Shown: in pieces, positions 1-13,200 of the stretch
How positions within the stretch are numbered: position 1 is the stretch's first letter
Layout of the letters: each line of letters opens with the position of its first letter
NCBI GenBank assembly: GCA_951804945.1
Contig: OX638156.1
Location: forward strand, 22,444,001 to 22,508,000
Direction: 5' to 3'
DNA length: 64,000 nucleotides
Source: Podarcis cretensis
Taxonomy: Eukaryota
Position numbers and translations under genes: made by a program
The notes under the pieces: generated by a model
Told to the model about the DNA's origin: nothing
Seen by the model: the letters and a program-made list of their open reading frames with translations, nothing else
The model's database searches: none

Positions 1-38
1 TTGGGGGGTGGGCCGCGGCCCCCTCAAATATTTTATTG

Positions 39-477
39 TTGTTGTTGTTTAGTCGTTTAGTCATGCCCGACTCTTCATGACCCCATGGACCAGAGCACGC
101 CAGGCACTCCTGTCTTCCACTGCTTCCTGCAGTTAGGTCAAACTCATGCTGGTAGCTTCGAGAACACTGTCCAGCCATCTTGTCCTCTGTCGTCCCCTTC
201 TCCTAGTGCCCTCAATCTTTCCCAACATCAGGGTCTTTTCCAGGGACTCTTCTCTTCTCACGAGGTGGCCAAAGTATTGGAGCCTCAGCTTCAGGATCTG
301 TCCTTCCAGTGAGCACTCAGGGCTGATTTCCTTAAGAATGGATAGGTTTGATCTTCTTGCAGTCCATGGGACTCTCAAGCGTCTTCTCCAGCACCATAAT
401 TCAAAAGCATCAATTCTTCGACGATCAGCCTTCTTTATGGTCCAGCTCTCACTTCCATACATCACTACTGGGGAAAA
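39..477 (-). mobile_element. BovB (RTE clade) LINE, 5'-truncated 3' fragment with (CAA)n tail and 13-bp TSD
   Basis: ORF 133..465(-) MYGSESWTIKKADRRRIDAFELWCWRR..LKLRLQYFGHL..LEKTLMLGKIEG..RRGRQRTRWLD is the typical RTE/BovB RT C-terminus; TTGTTGTTG tail at ~39-49; AAATATTTTATTG duplicated at 26-38 and 483-495. Confidence 0.93.
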
Positions 478-539
478 TATATAAATATTTTATTGGGAGT
501 CCTTAAAGGACCTCGTCCCCTAGGATCCGGCTCCTACGT

Positions 540-1250
540 CCACAGACCTGCATACGATCGCGAGCCTGTACGGCCTCCACGGCTCATCCTCGGCGCCCAT
601 CTAACGCACATGCGATTCATTCATTCATTCATGCACTCACTCCATTCATTCTCGGCCCGCCCGCCCTTCTCCCCGCCCCTTGTCAAGCCCCAGCTAATCA
701 GAAGCGGGCCCAGAGAAGAAGGCGGGCGGAGTGCTCGCGCCAAGCTTTGCGCAGGCGCACTTCCTCATGAAAATATGGCTATGTATACATGTTCTGGAGC
801 CCGCCGGCGCCTGGCTCCTCCTCTTCCTCCCTGCTCTTTCCCCATCCCCATCCCATGTGTTCTAACCGCGCGGTGCCGGCTTCACGCGCTCGTGGCGCTG
901 CTTCCCCCTCCTCCGGTTCCGGCCTCGAGAGATTCGGCGCAGGCGAGGCGGGCGGGCCGTTTTTCCTCCTCGGCTTCGAGGGTGAGGGGAGCGCGAGGGG
1001 GAAACGGCCGTTGAAAGGGGCGGGGGCAAAGCGCGCGCGCGCGCATGTCGTGGCTGGGGAGGGGTCGCGGGGCGCGAGCTTCGAGGCTGCCGCGTGAGGA
1101 GGCGGCCAAACTGTCGGGGTCCCCCCCCCGCGCCAGAAAGGAGAGTCGAGGGGGGAAGGCGTTTAGACTGAGCTGAGGAGAAGGGCGAGCGAAAGGGGTC
1201 GCCTCTTTCCTCGGCCAAACCCTCCCCATAGGCTGCCTCGTCTGTGGGAT
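540..1250 (+). promoter_or_regulatory. CpG island / CTPS1 promoter
   Basis: Very GC- and CpG-rich; GC boxes (CCCCGCCCC ~671, GGGGCGGGG ~1017), NRF1-like TGCGCAGGCGCA 748-759; ~3 kb upstream of the first coding exon. Confidence 0.85.
865..981 (+). other. CTPS1: CTPS1 non-coding exon 1 (5' boundary approximate)
   Basis: Donor G|GTGAGG at 981/982 within the CpG island; the coding exon starts at an acceptor (4095) only 12 nt before ATG, so an upstream UTR exon is required. Confidence 0.55.
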
Positions 1251-4106
1251 CGTCCCTCTCTTTCAAGGGGGCTGCCTCCGTCCTTTGCGTACCACAGATG
1301 CTCAGCGATGCTGGATTTTTTTTTGGGGGGGGGGTAAGGGTGGGCGTTGGAGTCCAGAGACGACCCCCTCCCCCCCAAAAAAAACCCCTCAGCAGACGGA
1401 TCAGGAGAGCCCCCCCCCCCCCCCCAAGTGCAGAAGAGGTGGCTTTGCCCCGTATTTAGAGACATGTCAGGGAAGGAGCTGAAGCATCATGAAGCCCAGT
1501 TGTGTCAGATGATCTAACTGCCCCACAGTTGGTGCTGGTTTTTGGTCAGCATGGCCTAGAGAAGTTGAAGTGTTGGCTCTAGGAATGGCAGACACCCAGG
1601 TTCAAATCCTCGGACCTCCCCCCTCCCATGAAGGTTTACTTTCTCTGACAACCTGATCTGCCTCGCAGGGTTGTTGAGAGGATAAAAGGTGTGCTTGCTT
1701 GGAGGAAAGGAAAAAAAAAATTAGGAGTACACCCCCTTCTTTTTTCTTGTCGCCCCTCCTGCTTAAAGAAAGGCCTCTGATCCCATCCTCAGTTGAATTC
1801 TGTCCCTCAAGATCTTCTTATTAATGATGTGCATTCCAGCCATACCCTAAATTGGGGTGATATTGCTGGTAATATTTCAAAACTTAAATGAAGATTATAT
1901 ATTTTACCCTTTTATCTGATTGGGATTTTTTTGGTTCTCATTGATCTTCTCTTTCCCTGGTCTCTTTCCTCCCACCCTCCTCTGCCCCAATTATTCCCCC
2001 CCCCCCATTTCTTGCAATATTTGTGTGTGGGGCAAAAACAATGGAATGTGTCTGGAGGGGCATCAAATGTGTTGGATATGACATGCATTCCAACTAAATG
2101 TACCATGGCAGCTTTTCCAAAACTTTATTTCATATGAACAGATGAAGTAATCTTTAGACTTCCCGCATCCCTGTGTTTGCTGCAATAGACAAACAGAATT
2201 GCTATGTTGTAAGTTTCATCAAATGCAAGTAGGCTGTGGACTGTGTAAGCTGATACGTTTGTTTATGACACTTTTACTATACAGTACTGTCCTTCCAAGG
2301 ACTCTGGGATAATGTAAGTGGTTCATCTCTTTTCATTTTATCCTTGCAATGGATTAGTGACCAATGCAGGATCATCCAGAGGAACCATATCTCTCCGTTC
2401 TGGTCTAAGAAGCTAACCACTGTGCCACACTGGAACTTTCTTTTCCCACAGGAGTAGCCACGTCTCTTACAGCAGTTGTCAAGGTATCTGGCTCTTAAAA
2501 GATTGAACACATTTATTATGGCATAAGCTGTTGTGGACTAATGTTGATTTCATCAGATGCAATGTAGTCCACAGAAACTTGTGCCATGATGCATTTATTA
2601 GTTTTTAAGGCTATTCATTCCGTTTGCTGTTGCTTGTGACTTAAGACACAATTAATATGCTGGATTTTATGGTGATGCAAGAGTCCTTTTGGCCCCACCC
2701 AGTCACATTACCACTATCATACATTTATATTCTTCTCCCTAATTCCATGCTGGAGGACACTGAACTGGCAGCAGTGGAGGAATTATGTCTACCAGAATGC
2801 CTCTTCAGAGATCTTACTGAGGTCAACCCCAAACTCTGCAAAATCATGCTGTATGCCAGGGCTTTTAATCTGTGAAGATTTTCCTTTTTTGAAAGCACTG
2901 CTGGATGTTCCTGCTAGTTTATACACTATTATTTTATTATTTTTGTTTTTATTCAGATTCTAAATTTTATTTTGTAAGCAACCTTAATTTTAAAATATAT
3001 ATCAAAGGTGGATTAGAAATTAATAGCATAAATAAATGACCGATGGCTCCCATCCCTGTCTGTCTTTCCTTTATGATTTGTTCTCCTGCTTACGCAGAAC
3101 ACGACATATTTATGATTTGCTGTCTCACTGTTCCTTTAAGCAAGGCATACACTATAAATATGAGTAGTGGATTTTATGAGGTTAATTATAGGTAAAAGAA
3201 TGTGTTACATTAACTTTTAAATGGAGTTAGAAGTTTTGCATACAGTTGTTCCTGTTATGCACTGTGAAGAGTCAATGTAGTTTGTATCAAATTTGTCTCT
3301 AAAATTCTGGGAACTTGGAAGTCAATATCCTATTTTTAGATGGACTGCCGGTTTGCTTTGGCTGTTGCAAGTTATTCTACTTTTCACTGTAGCTACATTA
3401 TTATATTTATAGACTGCTATCAATATGCCGGGTGCGTTGTGGTTTAATTTTTATTCTGCCTGCCAAAAAAGTACACAAAGCTTAGGTAAAACCAATACAA
3501 AACAAAGTAAGTTTCAAAATATATTAAACATCGTGAAAATGCAGAAATACAATCTAAAATGGGAACAAAATGACCAGTGAAACCATACAACAGTTTAAAG
3601 CAAAAAGTGGTTTTAAAAGCAGCAGAATACACAGTACAATCAACATTATAAGAAAACCTTCTTCATTACAGAATACTCAGATGTAAATCCTGTTGACTTC
3701 AATGGGGCTTACTATATAGGAAGGTGTGTCTAGAATTGCTCCCTAAGGCAATAAGGGGATGGAATTAAATGTATAAATTAAGCCTAGAGTGTAACAACAA
3801 CATCCAAATGGAAAATAAAGTTTAAAGTATAATTGTTCTGTCTTTATTAGTTTTAATTGGACAAAGTTCACAGAAATAAATTGGTTAAAAGATCTTTCAC
3901 ATACCATTGACAGTTTTGTGCAGGTGGTGTTAGTGTATTTATTCTGTAAAAACTTAAAACATTTTCTGTTTCATTTTCATGTTTCCATGTTTGGATTTAA
4001 GTACAACACCATTGTTCCAGTATCTAGGCAGAGATTATTATTATTATTATTATTATTACTGTGTTGTCAAATTAATTTTTCTTTTCTTTTCCAGGTATTA
4101 AAACAA

Positions 4107-4272
4107 ATGAAGTACATTCTGGTAACAGGTGGTGTTATCTCTGGGATTGGGAAAGGAATAATTGCTAGCAGCGTTGGGACAATCCTCAAATCATGTGGCT
4201 TGCACGTAACTTCAATTAAAATTGACCCATACATTAACATTGATGCAGGCACCTTTTCTCCTTATGAGCATG
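4107..4272 (+). CDS. CTPS1: CTPS1 coding exon 1 (MKYILVTGG...PYEHG)
   Basis: acceptor CCAG|4095, ATG 4107, donor G|GTAAG. Confidence 0.97.
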
Positions 4273-7200
4273 GTAAGATGGAGAGAAAGAGCAAACTTTT
4301 AAACATTAAGAATAAAATAATGCTGAGGATGTTTTGAGGGATGGTGGTGTATAATTGCACTCTGACTGTTGCATTGGGATGAGGGTTTGGAATTGCCAGT
4401 GCTATAGATGGAGTTGGTGACAACTTTTTTAGGGTACAATATAGAAATACTGGTTAGTATTTGTAGGGAAGAAGGTAGTTACTGCTTCAAGCAAGACTAA
4501 CTTATGCATGTCACTTGGTTTTAGGTGAAGTGTTTGTGTTGGATGACGGAGGGGAAGTGGATTTGGATCTGGGCAACTATGAACGCTTTCTTGATATCCG
4601 ACTCACGAAAGACAATAATCTGACCACAGGGAAGATATATCAGTATGTCATCAACAAAGAAAGGAAGGGAGACTATCTTGGGAAAACAGTTCAAGGTAGG
4701 ATATTGGAACTGGGTTCACTTGGCTTTAATAGAGGTCAGCATATCACTGTTTCCAGTATTACAACAGGCCTTGTGCCTTTTGAAACACAAAGGCAATGCT
4801 TGGTTCTCTGTGTACTTCAGCTGAATGCCGTTCTGATCTGTACCTGGCAAAGATGGGCATGTTCACATTTATCCCTTCTGCCCATTCGTTCTTGACTCTC
4901 TTGGTGGCATGCACAGTTGAGAAAAGTATACAAATAATTCTAAAAATAAGGCATGACAACACTTGATATATAAATATATATGGACAATATATAAATCGTT
5001 GTTATGCTGTGGTTTGGCTTGTGAAGTTCAAATTGATCGTTAATGTTGTTTGCTGACCTAAAATATCTCTGCCTTGATTCATATTATTGTCAGTATTTCT
5101 ACTGTTTGGAACAGGAGTGACAACTTCATGGGAACAATGTGTTTGGGACGAGGCTATGGTAATTCCTACTTCATCTGGGTATTAGAAATATTGAGAGGGG
5201 AACTAAATCAGTATATTAATGAAAATATATAAAGTATATCAAAGAAAAATATACCATATTTACGTGAATCTAATGCACCTTTGAATTTAATGCACATCTC
5301 AATTTTTGAAACCAAAGAAGTATTTGCTGGTGCCATCAAATCCAGTGCGCACCCTAATTTGGCCAAAAAAGATGTGCAATAAATTTGGGTAAATATGGTA
5401 CATAGTAGCCCTGGTTCTTGGTAGCAGTTTTCCAGTGGCAGGGTCTGCTTATTTTAAATAAATATAAAAGAAGAGTAGTCTATGTTGAGAGGGTTCTAAA
5501 ACTAAGACATAAGCTGAGGAATAGGATTTCACCCCTAGTCATGTTATGTGCAAGTCACAACAAATATCTATTGATTAATAGGGTACTTCTGTGTGTTGGG
5601 TATGTAGCATGTGAACTCTTAAAATACTGGTTTTATTATTGTTTTTAGTTTGAAAATGGAGAAATGTATTCCAAACTCTTCTCTTCTTCTCTTCTTGTCT
5701 TGTCTCGTTTTGCAGTTGTACCCCACATTACAGATGCCATCCAGGAGTGGGTAATGAGGCAAGCACGAATCCCAGTAGATGACGATGGCATAGAACCTCA
5801 AGTCTGTGTGATTGAGGTTGGTATCCACAGGTGAAAGGCTGAATGTTGATGTGTCTTGCTAAACCATAGTGTACTGCAGTGGGGGTGAGCTGTAGGAAGG
5901 TTGTGCCTGATGCTTATTCTCTTTCTCACTTGGCCATTGTTTTTCATGCTGGCTTGTTTCAGACAAACCATAGTTAACATTAACAGTATTCTTCTATTTT
6001 GGATGAAACAACAAAGCAAAAGTGTAAGTGAAAATTTCTGATCTCTTCCTCCTTGTGTGGGAGGAGTAGGGGGGATAGGTGGCATACGAGCCCAAGATTT
6101 GCTGCAGCTTGTTCTGGTCATCAGTTTGCAGTAATCCATGTATTTTTTTAGAGTAACATGCAAATTTGGCCAAAGAGTTGTATCTAATTTTAGTCATACT
6201 TGGATTAGACTCGTTGAAATTAACAAACATGACTAACCTAGCTCTATTAAGTCCAGTGAGTCTACTCTGAGTAAAACGTAGATGGATGCAACCCAATATC
6301 TTTTTAGGAAATGTCATAAATTGATACAGTACTCTGGTTAGAATTCTGATAGGGGCATTTGAGAGAGTGTCAGCAATTCCCTCCCTCCTTTTAGCAAATT
6401 CTATCTTTGTTCACCTAAGGATTTGTTTGCATTAAAGTAGCCTTTCCACCCAAGAGAGCAAAACCTTTCATATGTTCTCCAGATAACATATAGTGCTAAT
6501 TTTCTGGGAAGATTTTGCTTGCAGTCACAGAATATGGAGGAAATTTAAAAGAAAAAATATTGGTTGTGTCAACTGGAAATTTGAAAGTGTCAAACACCTA
6601 ATTGCTCTGGGTTGATCTTGCTTGGTTAGGAAACACTTCTATTTGAATCCAGGCTGAATGAGTTGAACTTTAGTTCCATTCAAAGAACTCGGATAGGATA
6701 GTTAGTTATTGCTTAGTACCCATTGGAATGAATAAATGAAATTGAAGTGGAGGTAATTTAGTCTGGATCCAACCTATGGCTTGCATCATCCAGCATCTTA
6801 TTACATAGCATACTTTGAGGTGAACTGTCGATAGTTATACAGAGTGACATTGACACTGTCTTTGTGTTCTAAAAACAGAGTATGGTGCTTAATTCTAGTT
6901 CTCTCTGTTTTAGCTTGGAGGAACTGTAGGAGACATTGAAAGTATGCCCTTCATCGAGGCATTCCGCCAATTTCAATTCAAAGTCAAGCGGGAAAAGTTT
7001 TGTAATATTCATGTCAGTCTGGTACCACAGGTAAGGTCTTACCTTACAGTTCTTTAATGATGTTGCTCCATATCAGATGATTAGAAGTGTGTCCTTGGAA
7101 ATGGGAAATGAAATTGGCATATTTTTTTTTAGCATTATGAACACTAGTACTTAAAAAAAAAATACAAAAAAGCCATAAAGGCAAAAATATTAAGTAAAAT

Positions 7201-10200
7201 ATGGTAATTCAGGTGATCTTCATATGTTGTGAAATACAAACACTAGTTGATGTTTGTATCACATTACATAGATTATCTCTGGAGAAGTAACCTGGATCTA
7301 CCAGGCACTACGTGAATTGTTCTGTACAGGTTTACGTGGAAGTACTTATGTTCAGTGGGTCTTCCCCCTCTTACATGCTTTATATTGCAGCTTTGGCACC
7401 TCAAATATGACTGCTTCACTTGATATAGTCATCATAACAATTAGGTTACAAAATCTTATATACAGTATTAAATCCTTTCGGAAATGGTAGGAGCTACTGC
7501 CACATAAACATTTCTTTTTATGTCAGCTTTTTGTGGCAGTGTTGCTGGCATATAGTTGATTACTCGAGTATTTAATATCCTGTAAGAAATCATGCTGGCC
7601 GCATTACCCGGAAGCTGTACGCTGGTTCCTTCGGCCAATAAAGCGAGATGAGCACCACAACCCCAGAGTCAGCCATGACTGGACCTAATGGTCCCTTTAC
7701 CTTTACCTTTTTAAGAAATCACTGGCTTCTGAAATAATGTAAGTATATATCTTAGTATATGGCCATGACATTGATAGCTTCTTCCATTTGTATTGTAATA
7801 AATTTAGTGGAGCCTTACTTATATGCATAGAAAAATTCCTGTGAGTTTTGCTCATCGAAATAGAAGCATTTAATCATGTTCCTGAAAGCATCTGATAAGG
7901 AATTAATTAGTATAGGCACATTTAATACTAAATTGTTCAGCGAGCCTTATTATAGCATGTGAAGCTGTCTTCTAATGATGTTCAGATAAAATCAATTTTA
8001 CATTATTCTGGACCAGTGAAAGATACTTCGTTTTGCTGTTATTGCTTGCTGTTTCCTTCAGTGATTTGTTAGATTTGCTAAAACTTGGATGATGGCTGTA
8101 TATGTTACTGCAGTACATAATACTTTGGAGGCTGTAGATTTGACACACTGCCTTCTCATACATATTTCTTGATGCTTGTGTGCTAGCCAAGCTCTACAGG
8201 AGAACAGAAGACAAAACCCACCCAGAATAGTGTTCGTGAACTCCGGGGTCTTGGTCTCTCACCAGATCTGGTAAGTTAGCTGTGGCATGTACAAATCACA
8301 CTCGTCTGGTTTTATAGAAGTTTTCAAATGTCATAAGTCATGGGGTGGAGAGAGTTGTTTTAAATGATGCCATATCGACAAATAGCCATGAAGCATTTTG
8401 TTTGCAGAAGGCTACAAGGCATATTTCATTAACCTACCAAGTGCTAAAGGTTAGGTTTATAACCTGGTGCAGTATAGTTTGATAACTTACTGTTTTCATT
8501 CCTAGATTGTATGCAGATGCTCCACGCCTCTAGATACCTCAGTAAAAGAGAAGATTTCCATGTTCTGTCATGTAGAACCAGAACAGGTAAAAATTGTTTA
8601 AATATATGTGTTTTGATACTGTTGGCACATTTATTTGTGTACAGTCATACCTCCGTGTGTGTGCGCAGAAGCGGTCCTCCGGTTGCGAAAACTTTGGGAT
8701 ACGGCCGGACTTCCTGTTTGCAACCGGAGGTACCACTGTACTTAGGTCATAGATCTGGTCTGTGCATGTAGCAAAATCTTCTCTTTGCAATATACAGCAT
8801 ATAAAGTTTTTTTCCCAAAAAAATAATAATCCTCCCAGGTACTAGAGCTGTGTATTATGCACTTCATAAATGTGACAGTGAGCATTCTTTTTCTTATTGA
8901 ACAGGTAATTTGTGTTCATGATGTCTCTTCCATCTATCGGGTACCTCTTTTGCTAGAGGAGCAAGGGGTGGTTGATTATTTCCGACACCGGCTTGACCTT
9001 CCCATTGAAAAGCAGCCTAGGAGAATGCTCATGAAATGGAAGGAGATGGCTGACAGGTGAGCTCGCTCGTAGGAAGCAACTGTGCTATTCTGACCTACTG
9101 TGTTAGCAGAGGAGCAGCTAGGAGGAGAGCTTGTTTCCTTAGCCCTCCTGAGCTCCAGAGTATATTGGCAAGAATAGATTCTCTTCCTAACTATTCGCCC
9201 ACAGAAAAACTGTAGAAAAATCTTTTTACAGGTACAGTAAGTTAGAACTTGGCAAATTTTGCTGTAGACTAGTTCCTGTGTTAACCTTTATAGTTTTATC
9301 TTAACTGGACTGAAGTAGCTATAATATGTGGATGAGTACTTAGAATCATAGAGCTGGAAGGTACACTATGGGTCATCTTGTCCAACTCCCTGCAATGCAG
9401 GAATCTCAACTAAAACATCCATGACAGATACCCATCCAACCTTTGCTTAAAAACCACCAGTAAAGGGAATTAAGAAGGGAAAGATTTAAACTTAATTAAG
9501 GCTACAATCCTATACCACCAAGCTGGGAGTATGCCCCATTGAGCCCAATGGGATGTTTCTCAGTAGACATGCCTTCATGTAGAGAAGCCTAAAAAAATAC
9601 CCCTTATCCCCATATCTTCATTCTGTAGTGGTAGAATCAATTTTACAACCTCAGGGATCTACCATCTTATTATTTGCATATATAGACGAGGCCTGAGAAT
9701 TCTCGTGCTGAATCATATTATTCATTCAACATTTGGCTTTGTATGCCTGGGCTCTAAAGATATACAATATTGCATATGTGCTGCCAAAGCGAGAGGCTGC
9801 TTGATCATGCAGGTCTGATCTTTTAACTAATTATTTTAGCTAATAGTATATAGTTTGCGCTTTTAAAGGTTAAAGATAGAAGATACAGTGTTGTGCTTTT
9901 TTGTTTTGTTCACACAGATATGATCGCTTATTGGAGACCTGCTCTATTGCTCTTGTTGGCAAATACACAAAGTTTTCAGATTCCTATGCTTCTGTCATCA
10001 AAGCTTTGGAACATTCTGCCCTGGCTATCAATCACAAGCTTGAGATCAAGGTATGCTTTTCCACTAGCCCCAGCAGAATCGCTGTCTTCTCTGGATTCAT
10101 GTTTAAAGCAAAGAGCAGCAATAAACAGGATGTACTTTCCTGTTTGAGAATGGTGCTTCAGCAGCAGCCAAGGTGCCAATATTCCCAGCCCAAAAATACT

Positions 10201-13200
10201 CATGCACAAAAATCTACTGTATTTAGAAAAAACACAATCCATTTAATGTTACATTCAAGCAGCACTGAGGATAACAAAGCTTCCTAACCTGCTGCTACTT
10301 GCATAGCCATTGGACATAATTGGTGGTAGAAGCATAATGGTGATGCTGTTTCGAATCCCCAGCTGGATACTCTTACTTTCCAGGGGACAAAAGATTTTGG
10401 GAAGCTTGCCATATAAAATATATGGAAGGGGAAAGAGGCCATCCATTCTTCTCTTGCCCCCCACAAAAGTGGATAGGAACGTCACTAAGCAGAATATAGG
10501 TTTTGTTTACTTTAAGCAGCAATTCAGATCTAGAAACTACAGGGGAAGGGTAGGCAGCCTGGTGCCCTTCAGAAGTTCTGGGCTACATCATCAGCCTCAG
10601 TCAGCATGGTCAATGGTGAAGGATGATGGGATTTGAGTTCCAGAATATCTGGAGGGATAGGGTTTGCTGCTATTGATCATGCATGTAATGTGACACCTCA
10701 AAACCTCCATCTTTGGAGCTTCAGAGCAAACAGAAGACAACAGTTGTCATGATGGCAGAAGCCCTCCACTAAATGGAAAGCTCTTAAAGTGTTTCAGCCT
10801 ATGTGGATGTCTTCCTTCACAAACTGTTGGATTATCTGATTGTTTCAGAAAAGATTGTTTGCATCCCACCCATCCTTCTCTCTTGCATTTCTTACTATAC
10901 CCAGAGGCAGACTCTGCACCTGGAGACTGGGCCTCCAATTTTAGAGCGCCAAGGGTATTGGAGAGGGGTGGTGGAGGCCCTGTTGGCTCCAAACAGTAAA
11001 GATTTGTGAACAGAACAATAAATTGACCATCAAAAATAACATCTGTTTTACAATACAAGACCTGTATTTTTTGATGGGTTCAAAAATTCCGTGCTTCACT
11101 GATTGGAACAGTTGTGTCATACGTAGTTTTGGGGAAACAAAAAGAAATATTTGTCAATGTTTTCAGATAGTGTTTGATCTGGTTGTATAATAATAATACT
11201 AGCAGTGAGGGAGGGGAGAAGCTTTTTGCTCCAATGAGCTAAAAAAGTGGTACCTCTGATTTTGCTTTAATCTCATGTTTTTTAAAAATGGATTTCTTCC
11301 TAGTACATTGATTCTGCTGACTTGGAACCAGCTACCCTCCAAGAAGAACCAGTTCGATACCATGAGGCCTGGCAGAAACTCTGCAGTGCTGAGTAAGGCA
11401 TACATAACCTTGCTTTCCTCCTTGAGACGCAGTGACTCCTACTGGCATCATTCTAGGCTTCTTTTATTGTTCCCTGGTTGGCTCAGTATTCTAGTCTGGC
11501 TGCGCCTGTTTATATAGAGTTAGAGTGGTCGTTTTCCTTTTTATCTTATGAGCCAAGTAGACAGTGGGTAGACTCGTGGAAATGGATAGATGAGGTTAAC
11601 TTAGGTTCATTAATATCAGTAGGTCTGCTCAGGGCAGAACTTAGTTGCACAAAACCCAACGTGCCACACATCCTGTTACTCAACAGCAAGAAATCATACT
11701 GCCACAAATAAGAATTTAGTTATATATTAATATCCAGTGGTCTTTCAATAGCAGTTGACTGCAATTGTTACATAGATCCTGCATGCTCAGAGGCAATTTG
11801 CCACTGAATGCCAGTTGATAACTCTGAAGAATAGCTCATTTGGTAGAGCATGAGACTCTTAATCTCCGGGTTGTGGGTTCCAGACCTATGTTGGGTCATA
11901 GATTCTTGTACTGCACGAGGTTGGACTAGATGATCCTCGTGGTCTCTTTCAACTCTATAATTCTTTGATGATGGTGGCACGATTCTGGAACAGAGTATAT
12001 TAATGAGATTCACTTTTTAGCTGTTAATGCACCCTTTCCCCCCTAATAAATATTTTTAAAGAATGTTTATGTAAAAAGATACAAAACAAAGGCAATATAG
12101 TACAATAAAACCACAAAAAGATAGAGTAGGACACAAGCCAAATATATGTATACAATTCTATCCCATGATCAGAAGTAGTGTATATTGCATTTTAGTCGTG
12201 CACTCCAAATTTCCAAGGATACTGCAGGCAGCTGTTGAAGGTTTGCACTTCCTTGGAAGGAACGTCTACGTGCATCTCTGACCCTTGTCATACATAGATT
12301 GATACTGCAGAGCACTTAAATCATTCTGAATAGTCTCTTTTGGAGATGGGGAGCAAAACAGCCATGGTGTTCAGCCTTTGAAGCCAGTCCCCTTTTATAT
12401 GCTTCAGTTGCCTGGCTTCAGAAGGATTACTCTAATTAAACAACAGCTATAAATGTAAAACATTTGTTTGAGGGGAACTACACATTTGGTGGAGACCTTT
12501 GTCTGGAAACCTGCATGTCTGCTAAGTACCAAAGAGATTTTGAAGGTCAGACACAGCAGGCAACCCTGCACAATATACTTTACTTTAAGCATGCCTTTCT
12601 GCTGTTGCTTTGCAGTTATTTGGAAAAGATCCAAGAGTGTTCACTGAACTTCTGAAACTCCCGCCCCTTGAGAGTGATTAATGAAATGCATGAAAGAAAT
12701 GGACAAATTAGTTAATGTCATATATAGGAAGAATGGTAGCCGTTAGAAAGTTAATATGCTGAAAAATGGACATGTTCTATAGATTGTTGGCAGATGCACT
12801 GGACATATGACCCGAAAGGAATGTATTTGTATACCCTGGTGGTGTAATTTGCATTTTTGAGTCACTCTGTTCTGTTTCTGTGTAGACGTTTGAAGTTTAA
12901 AATAATAATGAAAAGCTTTGTGGAATGCAGATTCTTCACCTTCCTGCATTGCAGGGGTTGGACTAGATGGCCCTTCATGTCCCTTCCAACTCTACAATTC
13001 TATGATTCTATGAAAGTGTAACAGTCTTTCAGGTGTCACTGAATGGATTTCTCCCCCCCCCCCCTTTTATGCAGTGGAATCTTGGTTCCAGGAGGGTTTG
13101 GTGTTCGAGGAACAGAAGGGAAGATCCAAGCTATTTCTTGGGCAAGAAAACAGAAAAAACCCTTCTTAGGTGAGAGATGATTTTTTATTATTATTACACA

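Noticed and set aside
493-1482. Several 100-170 aa ORFs on both strands in the CpG island
   Set aside because: Low-complexity Arg/Pro/Gly/Ala translations expected from GC-rich, stop-poor DNA; no recognisable domain
8901-8910. AG|GT exon starts (4095, 4525, 8905, 16574) as recursive splice sites
   Set aside because: GT at exon +1/+2 is common, mostly dictated by Val/Gly codons, and the introns are short
11829-11897. Apparent tRNA-Lys(CTT) gene
   Set aside because: Acceptor stem and B box are degenerate and it runs into a CR1-type tail, so it is a SINE head
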